A stretch of DNA of 64,000 nt from an uncultured delta proteobacterium. GTDB lineage: Bacteria > Desulfobacterota > RBG-13-43-22. A program made the translations under genes and the position numbers. How positions within the stretch are numbered: the stretch's first letter is position 1; the number at the start of each line of letters is the position of its first letter. The notes under the pieces are model-generated. The model ran no database searches and was not told the origin of the DNA. It worked only from the letters and a program-made list of their open reading frames with translations. Shown here in pieces: positions 49,152 to 58,422 of this stretch. The stretch spans positions 160,001-224,000 of the forward strand of contig CAWBOS010000015.1 of the NCBI GenBank assembly GCA_963790475.1, given 5' to 3'.

Positions 49152-50155
49152 AAAGGTACGGGGTCCTTTTTCTTCTGGTTTTCCTCGTTTCGGGGACTCT
49201 CTTGTGGGACAGTTTTTCCCGATTCTTATCTCCCCCGCCGGTAAAAAGCCCCGCGGTTCAGACCATTCGAATCCTGCCCGGAATGAGCCTTCAAGCCATC
49301 GCCCTTCATCTGAATCGGGAAGGGATTATTCAGGACCCCTATAAATTCATGGTCCTGGCCTGGATCAAAGGTCAGGGTAAGAAAATCCAATGGGGAGATT
49401 TTGAATTTTATCCCGGGATACCCCCCAGGCTTCTCTTATATTATTTAACCACCGGCAAAACCATGTTGAAACGGGTAACGATCCCGGAAGGATTTACCCT
49501 GCAGCAAATCGCCAAGCGTATTTCGGAAGAAAATCTGGTGGAAGAAAAGACCTTTTTGGCTTCAGCCCATGACCCCCGATTTTTGGAGGAGCTGGGCATT
49601 GACGGGCAATCCCTGGAAGGTTATCTTTTCCCGGATACCTATATTTTTAAGCGTGGGATGAGTGCCCAGACCATCCAGAAAAAGATGGTCCATAGGTTCA
49701 AAGAAGTTTTTACTGAACTTCAAGACCGGGAGGGTTTTTCAAGCCCGAAGGATATGAAAAAGGCGGTTATCCTGGCCTCCATCGTGGAAAAAGAAAGCGG
49801 GCTTCAAAGCGAAAGGCCTTTAATCGCCTCGGTCTTTTATAACCGGCTTAAGAATGGAATGGCCCTGCAAAGTGATCCCACGGTTATTTACGGCATCAAA
49901 GATTTTAACGGCGACCTGACCAAAAAAAATCTGCAGACGCGAACAGTCTACAATACTTACCTCCAACCCGGTTTACCCCCCGGGCCTATTGCCAACCCGG
50001 GCAAGGATTCCCTGCGGGCAGTTCTATCACCGGCCAAAAGTGAATATTTTTATTTTGTCTCCAAGAATGACGGCAGCCATTATTTTTCAAAAAATCTGAA
50101 GGATCACAACCGGGCGGTTGCCCGATATCAGCTTTCAAGAAAAGAAACGCACTAA
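49148..50155 (+). CDS. mltG: Endolytic transglycosylase MltG
   Basis: TIPEG, LEGYLFPDTY, ASIVEKE, LQSDPTV, GLPPGPIANPG. Confidence 0.95.
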   Translation: MKRYGVLFLLVFLVSGTLLWDSFSRFLSPPPVKSPAVQTIRILPGMSLQAIALHLNREGIIQDPYKFMVLAWIKGQGKKIQWGDFEFYPGIPPRLLLYYLTTGKTMLKRVTIPEGFTLQQIAKRISEENLVEEKTFLASAHDPRFLEELGIDGQSLEGYLFPDTYIFKRGMSAQTIQKKMVHRFKEVFTELQDREGFSSPKDMKKAVILASIVEKESGLQSERPLIASVFYNRLKNGMALQSDPTVIYGIKDFNGDLTKKNLQTRTVYNTYLQPGLPPGPIANPGKDSLRAVLSPAKSEYFYFVSKNDGSHYFSKNLKDHNRAVARYQLSRKETH

Positions 50156-50215
50156 TCCTCCGGCAAAAAAAATCGAGCCAATCTTATTTGTGTCCTACAA
50201 GAAAGGAACCCTTCC

Positions 50216-50467
50216 ATGAATCCGGGAAATCATACCCACGATTTTGTCAATCAATATCAAGGGCTGGTCGGCTTCGGCCTGGACCGGGAAACCGACGAAA
50301 AATCCCTGATGGTTTACCTGCAAAAATTCTCTGATGATGAATTTTTGAAGACCCTGATTCCCCGACTGAAGGATGAAGAAATCCAGGAAATTTTAGAAAT
50401 CATATCCCGCCTCCTGAGAACCCATTTGAAAGAAAAAGAATATCACCGGCTGTTTCTCAAGGAGTGA
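50216..50467 (+). CDS. Small conserved hypothetical protein
   Basis: SD AAAGGA; FGLDRETDE..YLQKFSDD..EYHRLFLK. Confidence 0.75.
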   Translation: MNPGNHTHDFVNQYQGLVGFGLDRETDEKSLMVYLQKFSDDEFLKTLIPRLKDEEIQEILEIISRLLRTHLKEKEYHRLFLKE

Positions 50468-50470
50468 TAA

Positions 50471-50615
50471 CCTCGAAGTTGCATAAAAATTGATCTATGA
50501 AATATTACCAATAAAAAACAGTTTATTTTGATGAATTCAGAATCGGTGCCAAAACTCACACGAGGTGAAGGTAAATTTTACTAACAGATAGATCAACTTT
50601 AATGTCACCTCGAGG
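50471..50615. mobile_element. 145-bp MITE with 28-bp imperfect TIRs and 4-bp TSD ATAA
   Basis: CCTCGAAGTTGCATAAAAATTGATCTAT ... ATAGATCAACTTTAATGTCACCTCGAGG; ATAA on both sides. Confidence 0.8.
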
Positions 50616-50958
50616 ATAACCCCCCTTTTTCTTTGGCCCTTTCCATTGAAACAAACCCTACGGCCGGATCTGTTTTCTCAGGAGCGAAGAGGACATTTTT
50701 CCTTGCCCCCCTTCACTTTTAGATAAGGGGAAGGGAGAGAAGAGGTGGGAAGATGAAAAGGACGAAAGCGAGAAGAAAGGAGGAAGGCCCAAAGGAGAGG
50801 ATTTAAAGGGAAGTCGGTTAATTTATTAAGAACGGGAAGACGAGGGAGGGGGAATGAGAACCTGTATTAGGGAGAATACCAGACCGAGAGAAAAAGCTAT
50901 CCCCTGAGGTTTTAAGAAAATTAGGAAGATGAATCGGGGTAACCATAGGGGGAAAGGT

Positions 50959-52158
50959 TTAAGGGGGAGATACGATGGCAGCGATCAACCCTTGGCCAGA
51001 AAGAAGCTGTTGAATAACGGCTAAGACTTGTAAGCGGGCCTGGGAGGCGAACTTAGGCAAGGAAAGTTTTAAGATGCCAATAGAAAGGACGGAGAGTGTT
51101 CGAGTGGTGCCATGCCGAGCCGTTCGCCTGGGGATTTCCACAAAAGCCCTTACGAGTTGGCTGTCGGCGGTACTACCCAAAGCCAGACAAAGCAAATAAC
51201 TGAGAGAGAAGGCCAAGAGTAAACGAGTAAGGCGCGGAGCGGGATTATCATGAACAAAAACCATGCCCCGGATACCCAGGTGGGTTTTCCAATCCCGGAA
51301 GCCTTGTTCAATAGACATGCGTTTGGCGTAGAGGGCGACGATTTCTTCCGCAGACTCGGGCGTATTGGCCGGAACCAGGAGATACCAAGGTTCTTGATAG
51401 CCTTTCCCATAAAAGATGATTAGATCCAGCGGTTCCTTTTCTTTAGAATGATAGCGGATCGAGTAGCGTTGGATCTGACCGGGTTTGACCGAGAGCCGCC
51501 CGAGGGCGATAGGTTCCCCTTTTCGGTAAACCAGGACATTTTTTTGGGCTCGAACCAGGAAAGGGATTCCCTCCAAGCCCAGTTTCATTAAGAGACCAAT
51601 GCGAGCGTAGCCCCGGTCCATAATCAGCCAGGGGCGCTGCTTAGCCGGGAAACAGCTCATAACCGCTAAGATCAAGGCGTGTTCCAAGATGTTTTGGCTT
51701 TTTTGAATACGAGAATAAGTGAAGCAAGAAAAAGCTACGGGTATCACCCGCCCCTCAAAGACCAAACCGATCAGCAAGGTGGGAATGCCCCGGATAGAGG
51801 TCTGATCCAGGATGAGAGGGATCGGTCCGGGGAGATGGGTTCCATTGGCCAAGGCCACCAACAGGGGGATCATGACTTCCGGAGTAAATCTCGGATTGGC
51901 TAAAAATCGGTAGAGTCGCTGCTCTCGGGTTTTGGGGCCCAGGTCTAAGGGTAAGCATCGGGCTAAAGCGGCTTTGGAAAGCCAGCCATTAGAACCTCGT
52001 GCCCCGCTAAAAAGGGTCAAGATCGCATAGGTAACCAAGGCAATATTTTTAAGAATAGAGATCCGAATAATCCCTTGATAGGTCAATAGAAGGGTACAGA
52101 GTTTCAGGAGCAACTCATCGTGGACAATACGTTCCCGATTAGAGGCTTTATGGATCAC
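50959..52158 (-). CDS. IS4-superfamily DDE transposase
   Basis: ILDQT, MDRGY, EPWYL, YAKRMSIEQGFRDWK (YREK-like). Confidence 0.92.
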   Translation of the reverse strand: MIHKASNRERIVHDELLLKLCTLLLTYQGIIRISILKNIALVTYAILTLFSGARGSNGWLSKAALARCLPLDLGPKTREQRLYRFLANPRFTPEVMIPLLVALANGTHLPGPIPLILDQTSIRGIPTLLIGLVFEGRVIPVAFSCFTYSRIQKSQNILEHALILAVMSCFPAKQRPWLIMDRGYARIGLLMKLGLEGIPFLVRAQKNVLVYRKGEPIALGRLSVKPGQIQRYSIRYHSKEKEPLDLIIFYGKGYQEPWYLLVPANTPESAEEIVALYAKRMSIEQGFRDWKTHLGIRGMVFVHDNPAPRLTRLLLAFSLSYLLCLALGSTADSQLVRAFVEIPRRTARHGTTRTLSVLSIGILKLSLPKFASQARLQVLAVIQQLLSGQGLIAAIVSPP

Positions 52159-52484
52159 TTACTCGATACCTGAAAGGTGTTGGGGGCCGTACGTATCAAC
52201 CCCTGGTTCTGGTGGACTTTTTTAACCAAAGCGCTGACCAAAGATTCACGATCCAGCGTTACGCCGTGTTTGGCTTTAACCTGATTAATGATTTCGGAGA
52301 TATGAAGAGGTTGTTTGGCCTTTTGAAGTATGTCTATGGCCATATAGATATTAGACATACCTTGCCCCTGGTTGAGCTTAGTCTTTCCGGATTTTGGATT
52401 CTTGAATTGGCGAACTACACGAAGTTGGGCTGACAATATGGACTCAAAAAAGGAAAGGAATTCTTCGGGCAGTTTATTTTCCAT
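52155..52484 (-). CDS. Winged-helix (HARE-HTH-like) protein inside the IS
   Basis: AIDILQKAKQPLHISEII..LDRESLVSAL..RTAPNTF; SD AGGAGG before ATG 52484; GTGA overlap with the transposase. Confidence 0.75.
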   Translation of the reverse strand: MENKLPEEFLSFFESILSAQLRVVRQFKNPKSGKTKLNQGQGMSNIYMAIDILQKAKQPLHISEIINQVKAKHGVTLDRESLVSALVKKVHQNQGLIRTAPNTFQVSSK

Positions 52485-52513
52485 GGGCACCCTCCTGAGT
52501 TCAATTGAGCCAG

Positions 52514-52560
52514 AGCCTACCATGAATATATATGTATGTCAACTAAATAATAACATACAT
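52514..52560 (-). promoter_or_regulatory. IS-internal promoter (TTGACA-17-TAGGCT, extended -10) with inverted repeat ATGTATGT-N13-ACATACAT
   Basis: Read directly; the repeat overlaps the -35 element. Confidence 0.65.
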
Positions 52561-52666
52561 TAATTATTCTTGAAAAATAAGCCCTTATCTAAAAGTGAAG
52601 GGGGGCAAGGACATTTTTCCCCTTGACCTTCCCTCCTTTCCCGTTTTATACTCCCTGTCAACGCCC

Positions 52667-53632
52667 ATGTATCTCTATTTTCTTTTCCGGAAAATTGTTT
52701 TTTCCCTGATGGTGTTGATAGGAATCGGGGTAATCATCCTCCTGGTCCGGTTTTATTGGGGGACCTCTGAGGAACAGCCGGCTGCCAAATTTCCAGTTCA
52801 ATCGCCCACCCGGCAGGAAACAGGAAAACCTTCTTCCCTTTTAGAGGAAAAACCCGATTTTCTGAAAGATCAGGACTTGGCAAACAAAACCGAGCCGCCC
52901 CCCTCCGGGCCGGCTGAGGATTCCGAACGTCGGTTATCGGCCGTCCTTTCTACCAACACGGAGCCCAAACCGACGGGTCCACCTCCACCCATCGAAAAGA
53001 AGCCGCCCCCTCCTGCTCCGATGCCCGAAACCAAAGCCGTCGTCGCCCCCCCGCCTAAGGAGATTAAAAAAGAGCCTCAGGCCAAAGAGGTTAAGAAAGA
53101 GACCAGGCCCAAGGAGTCGGCTAAAAATACCAAACCTACTCCCCCGGATTTAAAAAATTCCGAGTCAAAGAACAGCGTTCAACAAGCCGACAAAAAAACC
53201 GTGATGGTGAAAGCCGGGGATTCTATCTATACCATCGCCGAGGAACACTATAAGGTGTCCAATACCTCGGTGGTGGACCGGATAATGGAATTGAATCCTA
53301 ATATAGCCAATCCCGACCTTTTGCCGGCCAACCAGAAAATCAGGCTGCCGGAAATTACCGAGGAATCCCTGGTCATCCAATCCTCAGATGCTTCGGTTAG
53401 AGTTCGACTAGGAACCTTCATGAAACCCGAATTCGCCTCTTTTTTAAAAAGGCACCCAGCTTTACAAGGAAAGGAGATTGAAATTAATCCCTGGAAGACC
53501 CCCTCCGGGCGGACCTTGTACCGGGCAACGGCCGGCAAATTTAACAGCCGGGAAGAAGGACTGGAAGTAATTCGCAAGTTAAAAGAGCAGGGGTTGTCCC
53601 CCTATTTTGAAGGATTCAAAAAGAGAAATTAG
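52667..53632 (+). CDS. Membrane-anchored LysM and SPOR-like domain protein
   Basis: N-terminal TM, Pro-rich linker, VKAGDSIYTIA..LNPNIANPDLL..QKIRLP; promoter TTGACC-18-TATACT at 52623-52652; the ORF-track start 52595 lies inside the IS TIR. Confidence 0.8.
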   Translation: MYLYFLFRKIVFSLMVLIGIGVIILLVRFYWGTSEEQPAAKFPVQSPTRQETGKPSSLLEEKPDFLKDQDLANKTEPPPSGPAEDSERRLSAVLSTNTEPKPTGPPPPIEKKPPPPAPMPETKAVVAPPPKEIKKEPQAKEVKKETRPKESAKNTKPTPPDLKNSESKNSVQQADKKTVMVKAGDSIYTIAEEHYKVSNTSVVDRIMELNPNIANPDLLPANQKIRLPEITEESLVIQSSDASVRVRLGTFMKPEFASFLKRHPALQGKEIEINPWKTPSGRTLYRATAGKFNSREEGLEVIRKLKEQGLSPYFEGFKKRN

Positions 53633-53895
53633 AACCTGAAAACACCGCCCCCCTGGAAGCCCACCGAAACCGTCGGCTGAAATTGATTGGCCGGGACAAC
53701 TGTCGCTTGATTATTATCTCCAGAAAATCATCCTGACCTCTATCCCCTCGAGAGCTCTGAAAAATGTTTAGTTTTGTTCAATATCAAGGAAGAAGAAAAT
53801 TTTAACCCCAGGAATACATCTAGTATTTCGAGGATTAAAATTTGAATCTGACGATGAGATTGGGAAAAAGGGGATGTTTTTCAAAGCTCTCGCCT

Positions 53896-54351
53896 ATGAT
53901 TGCCTATCAACTTTCCATTTTTGCGGAGAATAAACCAGGGGTGCTGGCCCGGATAACCGGCGTTTTGGCCAAAGCCAAGATCAGCATTCGGGCGACGACG
54001 ATATCGACTTCCGACACCTTTGGGGTCATCAACCTGATTGTGGATGATCCCCAAAGAGGGAAAGCCGTGCTGACCGAAGCTGGAATAACCGTGCATTTGC
54101 GCAACGTGCTGGCCGTTCTCATCCCCGACCGGCCAGGCGGTCTGGATAATTTGGCGCAGTTGCTTTATCACGAGGGCATCAATATCAACAATGCCTATGG
54201 CTTTGTTCTGGAATCCGCAGAAAAGGCCGTCTTTGTCGTGGAAGTTGAGGAGATTGACAAGACAGAAAAATTATTGGAAAAGAACGGATTCCAGACGCTG
54301 GATCGGACGCCTTATCAGCCATTGAGCCATTCCATTAGTTCTATTACATGA
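53896..54351 (+). CDS. Tandem ACT-domain protein (C-terminus possibly frameshifted)
   Basis: QLSIFAENKPGVLA, IPDRPGGL, ININNAYGF. Confidence 0.85.
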   Translation: MIAYQLSIFAENKPGVLARITGVLAKAKISIRATTISTSDTFGVINLIVDDPQRGKAVLTEAGITVHLRNVLAVLIPDRPGGLDNLAQLLYHEGININNAYGFVLESAEKAVFVVEVEEIDKTEKLLEKNGFQTLDRTPYQPLSHSISSIT

Positions 54352-54590
54352 AATACTGATCAGGCCGGTCCTGACCTATATACTTTTTCTGACAGAAAGT
54401 TCCAAAATCAATAGCGATCTGAATCCTCTAAAACCTACAAATCTTCCGAAAACATAGCCACACAAAACAAAGATTACCGTTGAAATCGCGCCACAAAGAT
54501 GCTCAGTTGACGTGGAGGCTCCCGCTGCCAATATATGAAGTTTAGCCGGCAATCTTTAAGGCTGAATTACACGCAGAGTCATTTCTCGGG

Positions 54591-56726
54591 CTAAGCGGCT
54601 GTTTTGTAAAGCACGGAGGCAACGATCTCCTGGATTTCCTTCGGAGTAGTGGCACTGAGGGCCTCCTTGGCCAGGGCTTCCGCCTGATCTATTGTGATCT
54701 GCCGGATGGCGTGACGCACGCCGGCAACTTGAAATGGATTCATACTAAGGGCCCTGACGCCCATTCCTACCAACAGGCAGGCTACCGCCGGATCGCTTGC
54801 GGTTTCCCCGCAGACGGATACCGCCACCCCTTGGTTCACCGCTGCTCGGACTATCTGCTCTGTTGCCCTTAGCACGGATGGATGAAAAAATGAAAGAACC
54901 CCGGGCTGCCAATGGGATCCACGGTCCATGGCCAAAATGGAGAGGGTGAGATCGTTAGTCCCAATGCAGACAAAATCCACGATTTGCAGAATTCCATGGA
55001 TATCAAAGGCCGCTGCAGGGGTCTCGATCATGGCCCCGATTGGCGGGCGCTTGGGGAATTGATCGCTTTGTAACATTTCTTCAACCAAGCAGCGCGCCTC
55101 ACTTAGGTCGGCCACGCCCATGACCATGGGGAACATGATTTTCACATTTCCCCCTTGGGCAGCTCGGAGGATTGCCAGGATCTGGGTGCGGAACATCGTT
55201 TTCTCAGAAAGAGAGTAGGCCAGACCGCGCAGGATTGGGCGCCAGGCCATATTTTTTGCAGCACGGTCAAAACGCGGTATCTTGTCCCCGCCGAGATCCA
55301 TCGTCCGGATGACAACCGGCAGCGGATCAAGCATGGCTGCCACCTCGGAATAGGCAGCAGTTTGAGCTTCCAGATTCGGCGGCTGTTCGGCCTCCAGAAA
55401 CAGAAATTCTGAGCGAAACAGGCCTATCCCGTCCAGGTTATACTCCAGAACTATGCCCGCCTCATCCGAGCGGCCGATATTCGCGTGCAACCCGATATTT
55501 ACTCCATCCATCGTTATACAGGGCAGAGCCTGCTTCCGCCCCTCTGCAGAGGCAATCAGGGCGGATTGCATCTTGCGCGTCGCAAAATGTGTCGCCTGGG
55601 CTACGGACGGAGCCACTGTGACAGTCCCCGTTTCCGCATCCACCAGCAAACGATCTCCAGAAGCCAGCAGCCTGGTTGCGTCCTCGATGTCGCAGACGGC
55701 CGGAATGTTTCTGGCCCGGGCCAGGATCGCGACATGTGACGCGGGACCCGTCCTCTCCGTGACAATGGCGGTTACATTGACCGAATTAATCAGTAAGGCA
55801 TCGGATAAAAGAAGTTCCTCGGCGACCAGAATGGTTCTGGGCGGGAGGTCGGTCAATCGGCTCGAGGTCCCTTCCCCTGAGGTTCTAAGGTTGCGCAGAA
55901 CCTGATGACCAAGGTCCTGCATGTCGGCACCGCGCTCCCGCATAAATTCCTGTTTCAACCCCTTGAGGCGCATTTCCATTTCTCGGACCTCTGCCAGAAC
56001 CGCATGTTCGACCCTGACCAGATCCTCTCCCACGCGCCGTTTGCATTTTTTCTGAAAGGAGGAATCATTGAGCATAGCCAAACGCATTTCCAGCAGACCG
56101 ATCTCAACGTCATCCTCTTGAGGCACAAACCGCTCCCGGATATTATTCAATTCTTGGATTGACGCCGCCAAAGCTCGGTCAAACCGGGCCACTTCTGAGT
56201 CCACATCCTCCTGAGAGATGCTTGGCTCCCCAACTGCGGATTCATGCCCGGATTGGTGGACAAAGGCCACTCCGTCCGCTAGGCCAGGGGAAATTCCCCT
56301 GCCTTGCAGTGTCGTGCCCACCAATCGGGTGAAGGCCCGGAGGTACTGCATCTCTTCGTCCTTTGTCGTAATGGCCTTCTTCATCTGTCGAGCCTCAGTA
56401 GCCTTTCGGCCTATCAGGTATACATACAAGGCTAAAGCGAGTACTTCGATTGCGGCATTGATGCTCTCAGTGGAAAGCAATTCATGTACATGCCAAAGAA
56501 TTTCAAAAGAGATTCTCAGCGTTGGAAGCAGAGCGGATAAGGCATAGGCCAGAATTTTTCTTTCCATCCAAGACGCCAGTCCGATCGGAACCAAATACAG
56601 GAGAGGAAAGTGGATATCTCGCCCTGTGGTAAAGTCAACAAACAATGTGACCAGAGCGATGAGTATGCAAATAGTCGATTGGTTTTTTTGAGTAACCTGG
56701 ACCACAAATCGCATAGCCCGTTTCAT
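54591..56726 (-). CDS. PEP-protein phosphotransferase (PTS Enzyme I family) with an N-terminal multi-TM domain
   Basis: GPASHVAILAR (phospho-His), GIGLFRSEFLF, RTMDLGGDK, MIETPAA, IGTNDL, VCGE; about 110 hydrophobic N-terminal residues; SD AGGAGG before ATG 56726. Confidence 0.88.
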   Translation of the reverse strand: MKRAMRFVVQVTQKNQSTICILIALVTLFVDFTTGRDIHFPLLYLVPIGLASWMERKILAYALSALLPTLRISFEILWHVHELLSTESINAAIEVLALALYVYLIGRKATEARQMKKAITTKDEEMQYLRAFTRLVGTTLQGRGISPGLADGVAFVHQSGHESAVGEPSISQEDVDSEVARFDRALAASIQELNNIRERFVPQEDDVEIGLLEMRLAMLNDSSFQKKCKRRVGEDLVRVEHAVLAEVREMEMRLKGLKQEFMRERGADMQDLGHQVLRNLRTSGEGTSSRLTDLPPRTILVAEELLLSDALLINSVNVTAIVTERTGPASHVAILARARNIPAVCDIEDATRLLASGDRLLVDAETGTVTVAPSVAQATHFATRKMQSALIASAEGRKQALPCITMDGVNIGLHANIGRSDEAGIVLEYNLDGIGLFRSEFLFLEAEQPPNLEAQTAAYSEVAAMLDPLPVVIRTMDLGGDKIPRFDRAAKNMAWRPILRGLAYSLSEKTMFRTQILAILRAAQGGNVKIMFPMVMGVADLSEARCLVEEMLQSDQFPKRPPIGAMIETPAAAFDIHGILQIVDFVCIGTNDLTLSILAMDRGSHWQPGVLSFFHPSVLRATEQIVRAAVNQGVAVSVCGETASDPAVACLLVGMGVRALSMNPFQVAGVRHAIRQITIDQAEALAKEALSATTPKEIQEIVASVLYKTAA

Positions 56727-56998
56727 GGGCGCACTCCTCCTAATACTGGTAGAAAACAACAAGAATCAAAGTAATCCACAAAAAATGCAAAATTTCCTTT
56801 TGTTTTATTGTCCACCTAATAAGCCTCTGGGAAAGGAACGGATGCCTGGTAATTTCTTAATCTTCCTACCAGGAAAATAGGAGGAGACGAAAGGATCATA
56901 GGGAATCCCCTCCGTCCTTTAAGGGAATCGATGACCATTGTTTTCGTTTATTGATGTAAGAGGCGAATAAATTAGAAAGGTTAAATCAAAAAAGTACC

Positions 56999-58081
56999 TC
57001 AACTCCTGGAATAGATGCCAGAGTCCTTATCGAACGCCTCAATAACCTCATCGGATAAGCTCGGACGAACTTCCTCCAAGATACGCCTAACGGTTTCCGT
57101 GGTAACGAAGTATTCCTGCTTGTTGGTCAGCTCCTGTTCAAAAGCAAACTGAGCGACTCGCTCAAAAAGATATTGGATGTCTGCCGGTGTAAAGCGGGCG
57201 ATTTGTCTGTTAATCTGATCCACATCAACATCGCCCTGATTCACTCTGGAGAGATAATATTGGAGGACGGTTTTTCTCTCATCCTCGGTCATCCCCCCCA
57301 CCGGAATGATGCAATCGAATCTTCCGGGACGAAGGAGTGCCGGATCCAAGTCTCGAATGTAATTAGTGGCACATACCAGCAAAGCCTTGTTCGCTCCGTT
57401 TTTAAAGAGCGCCACTTGTTTCAATAGTTCATTGGTTATGGATTTGTCAATTCGGTCTGCATTATCCCTGCTACCGGCAATCTCTTCGAATTCGTCAATG
57501 AAAATCACGGCTTCCTCCAGATCTCTGGCCTTCTCCATAATCATTCTCAAATTTGCACCCACTTTTTCCACTCCCTGGACCATAAGCATGCTGGGCACAA
57601 CTTCTATATACCACCAGGACAGGATACCGGCTATGGCTTTGACGAAATGAGTCTTCCCCGTGCCCGGAGGACCGAAGAATATAATGGTCTTGGGTGGAAC
57701 GACACCATGTTTTTTCGAAAGGTCACTCTGGGTAAGAGGGAGGATAATCCTCCTCTGGACAAGTTGTTTGGGCGGTTGCGAATCGGAGATGGTGTCCCAT
57801 ATTTCCCGACTGATAGTCAGTCCACCCATTTCTTTCAGCAGGTCCATTCGTTTGTAGTTCATGAATTCATTGAGTGCCTGTTCCTTGTTTTCCAGAAAGT
57901 CGATGCAGGCAACGCGCAAACCCACATCGCGCCCAAGTTTTTCAGAAAGGAGCCATTTATGCTGCAAGATCTTCGGCCACAGATCGAAAGCCAGCTCTGG
58001 CTCAAATTTTGCCCCGCTGATCTCAAAGATCTTGCTCATGCATTCCTCAGGCTCCATAGTTTGTTCGATGTCATGACTCAT
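56999..58081 (-). CDS. AAA+ ATPase with an N-terminal DUF4032-like domain
   Basis: GPPGTGKT, IFIDEFE, ATN..LDPALLRPGRFD; N-terminal ILQHKWLLSEKLGRDVG. Confidence 0.85.
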   Translation of the reverse strand: MSHDIEQTMEPEECMSKIFEISGAKFEPELAFDLWPKILQHKWLLSEKLGRDVGLRVACIDFLENKEQALNEFMNYKRMDLLKEMGGLTISREIWDTISDSQPPKQLVQRRIILPLTQSDLSKKHGVVPPKTIIFFGPPGTGKTHFVKAIAGILSWWYIEVVPSMLMVQGVEKVGANLRMIMEKARDLEEAVIFIDEFEEIAGSRDNADRIDKSITNELLKQVALFKNGANKALLVCATNYIRDLDPALLRPGRFDCIIPVGGMTEDERKTVLQYYLSRVNQGDVDVDQINRQIARFTPADIQYLFERVAQFAFEQELTNKQEYFVTTETVRRILEEVRPSLSDEVIEAFDKDSGIYSRS

Positions 58082-58371
58082 ATAACACCTCCTAACCCGA
58101 CACGACATTGTCGAGTTGTCCTCGAAATCCCACCGCCTTTAAACCGCTGCGTGTATCCTAAGTAATTTGTTTTTAAGGAATTTTCTTCGGACGGAAGTAG
58201 GATAAGCTTATTTGATCAGAAATTGGAATTTGATAGAAAAAATTATAAAACAAGGAAAAGACAATATCAAGAAGAAAAACAGTGACGAAGGGTAAGGGGA
58301 CATAAAGGGTCTTCTGACCGAAACGGGGTAGTGAAGGCATGGACGATAACGTTTAATGGTTGAAAAGATGA

Positions 58372-58403
58372 AAGAGGGGGATTAGCTCAAAATCCCCCCT
58401 CTT
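58372..58403 (-). terminator. Stem-loop terminator
   Basis: AAGAGGGGGGATT..AATCCCCCCTCTT downstream of the DUF2934 gene. Confidence 0.65.
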
Positions 58404-58422
58404 GTTTTCTCAGGGGGAAATA

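Larger units (their letters stand above)
50701..52610 (-). mobile_element. IS4-like element (about 1.9 kb) with two ORFs
   Basis: Perfect 29-bp TIRs CCTTGCCCCCCTTCACTTTTAGATAAGGG; direct repeat (GG)ACATTTTT(CC) on both flanks (8-12 bp depending on boundary). Confidence 0.92.

Noticed and set aside
52595-52666. LysM gene start inside the IS end, or IS disruption of that gene
   Set aside because: The GTG lies in the TIR; an intact promoter and ATG 52667 follow the insertion
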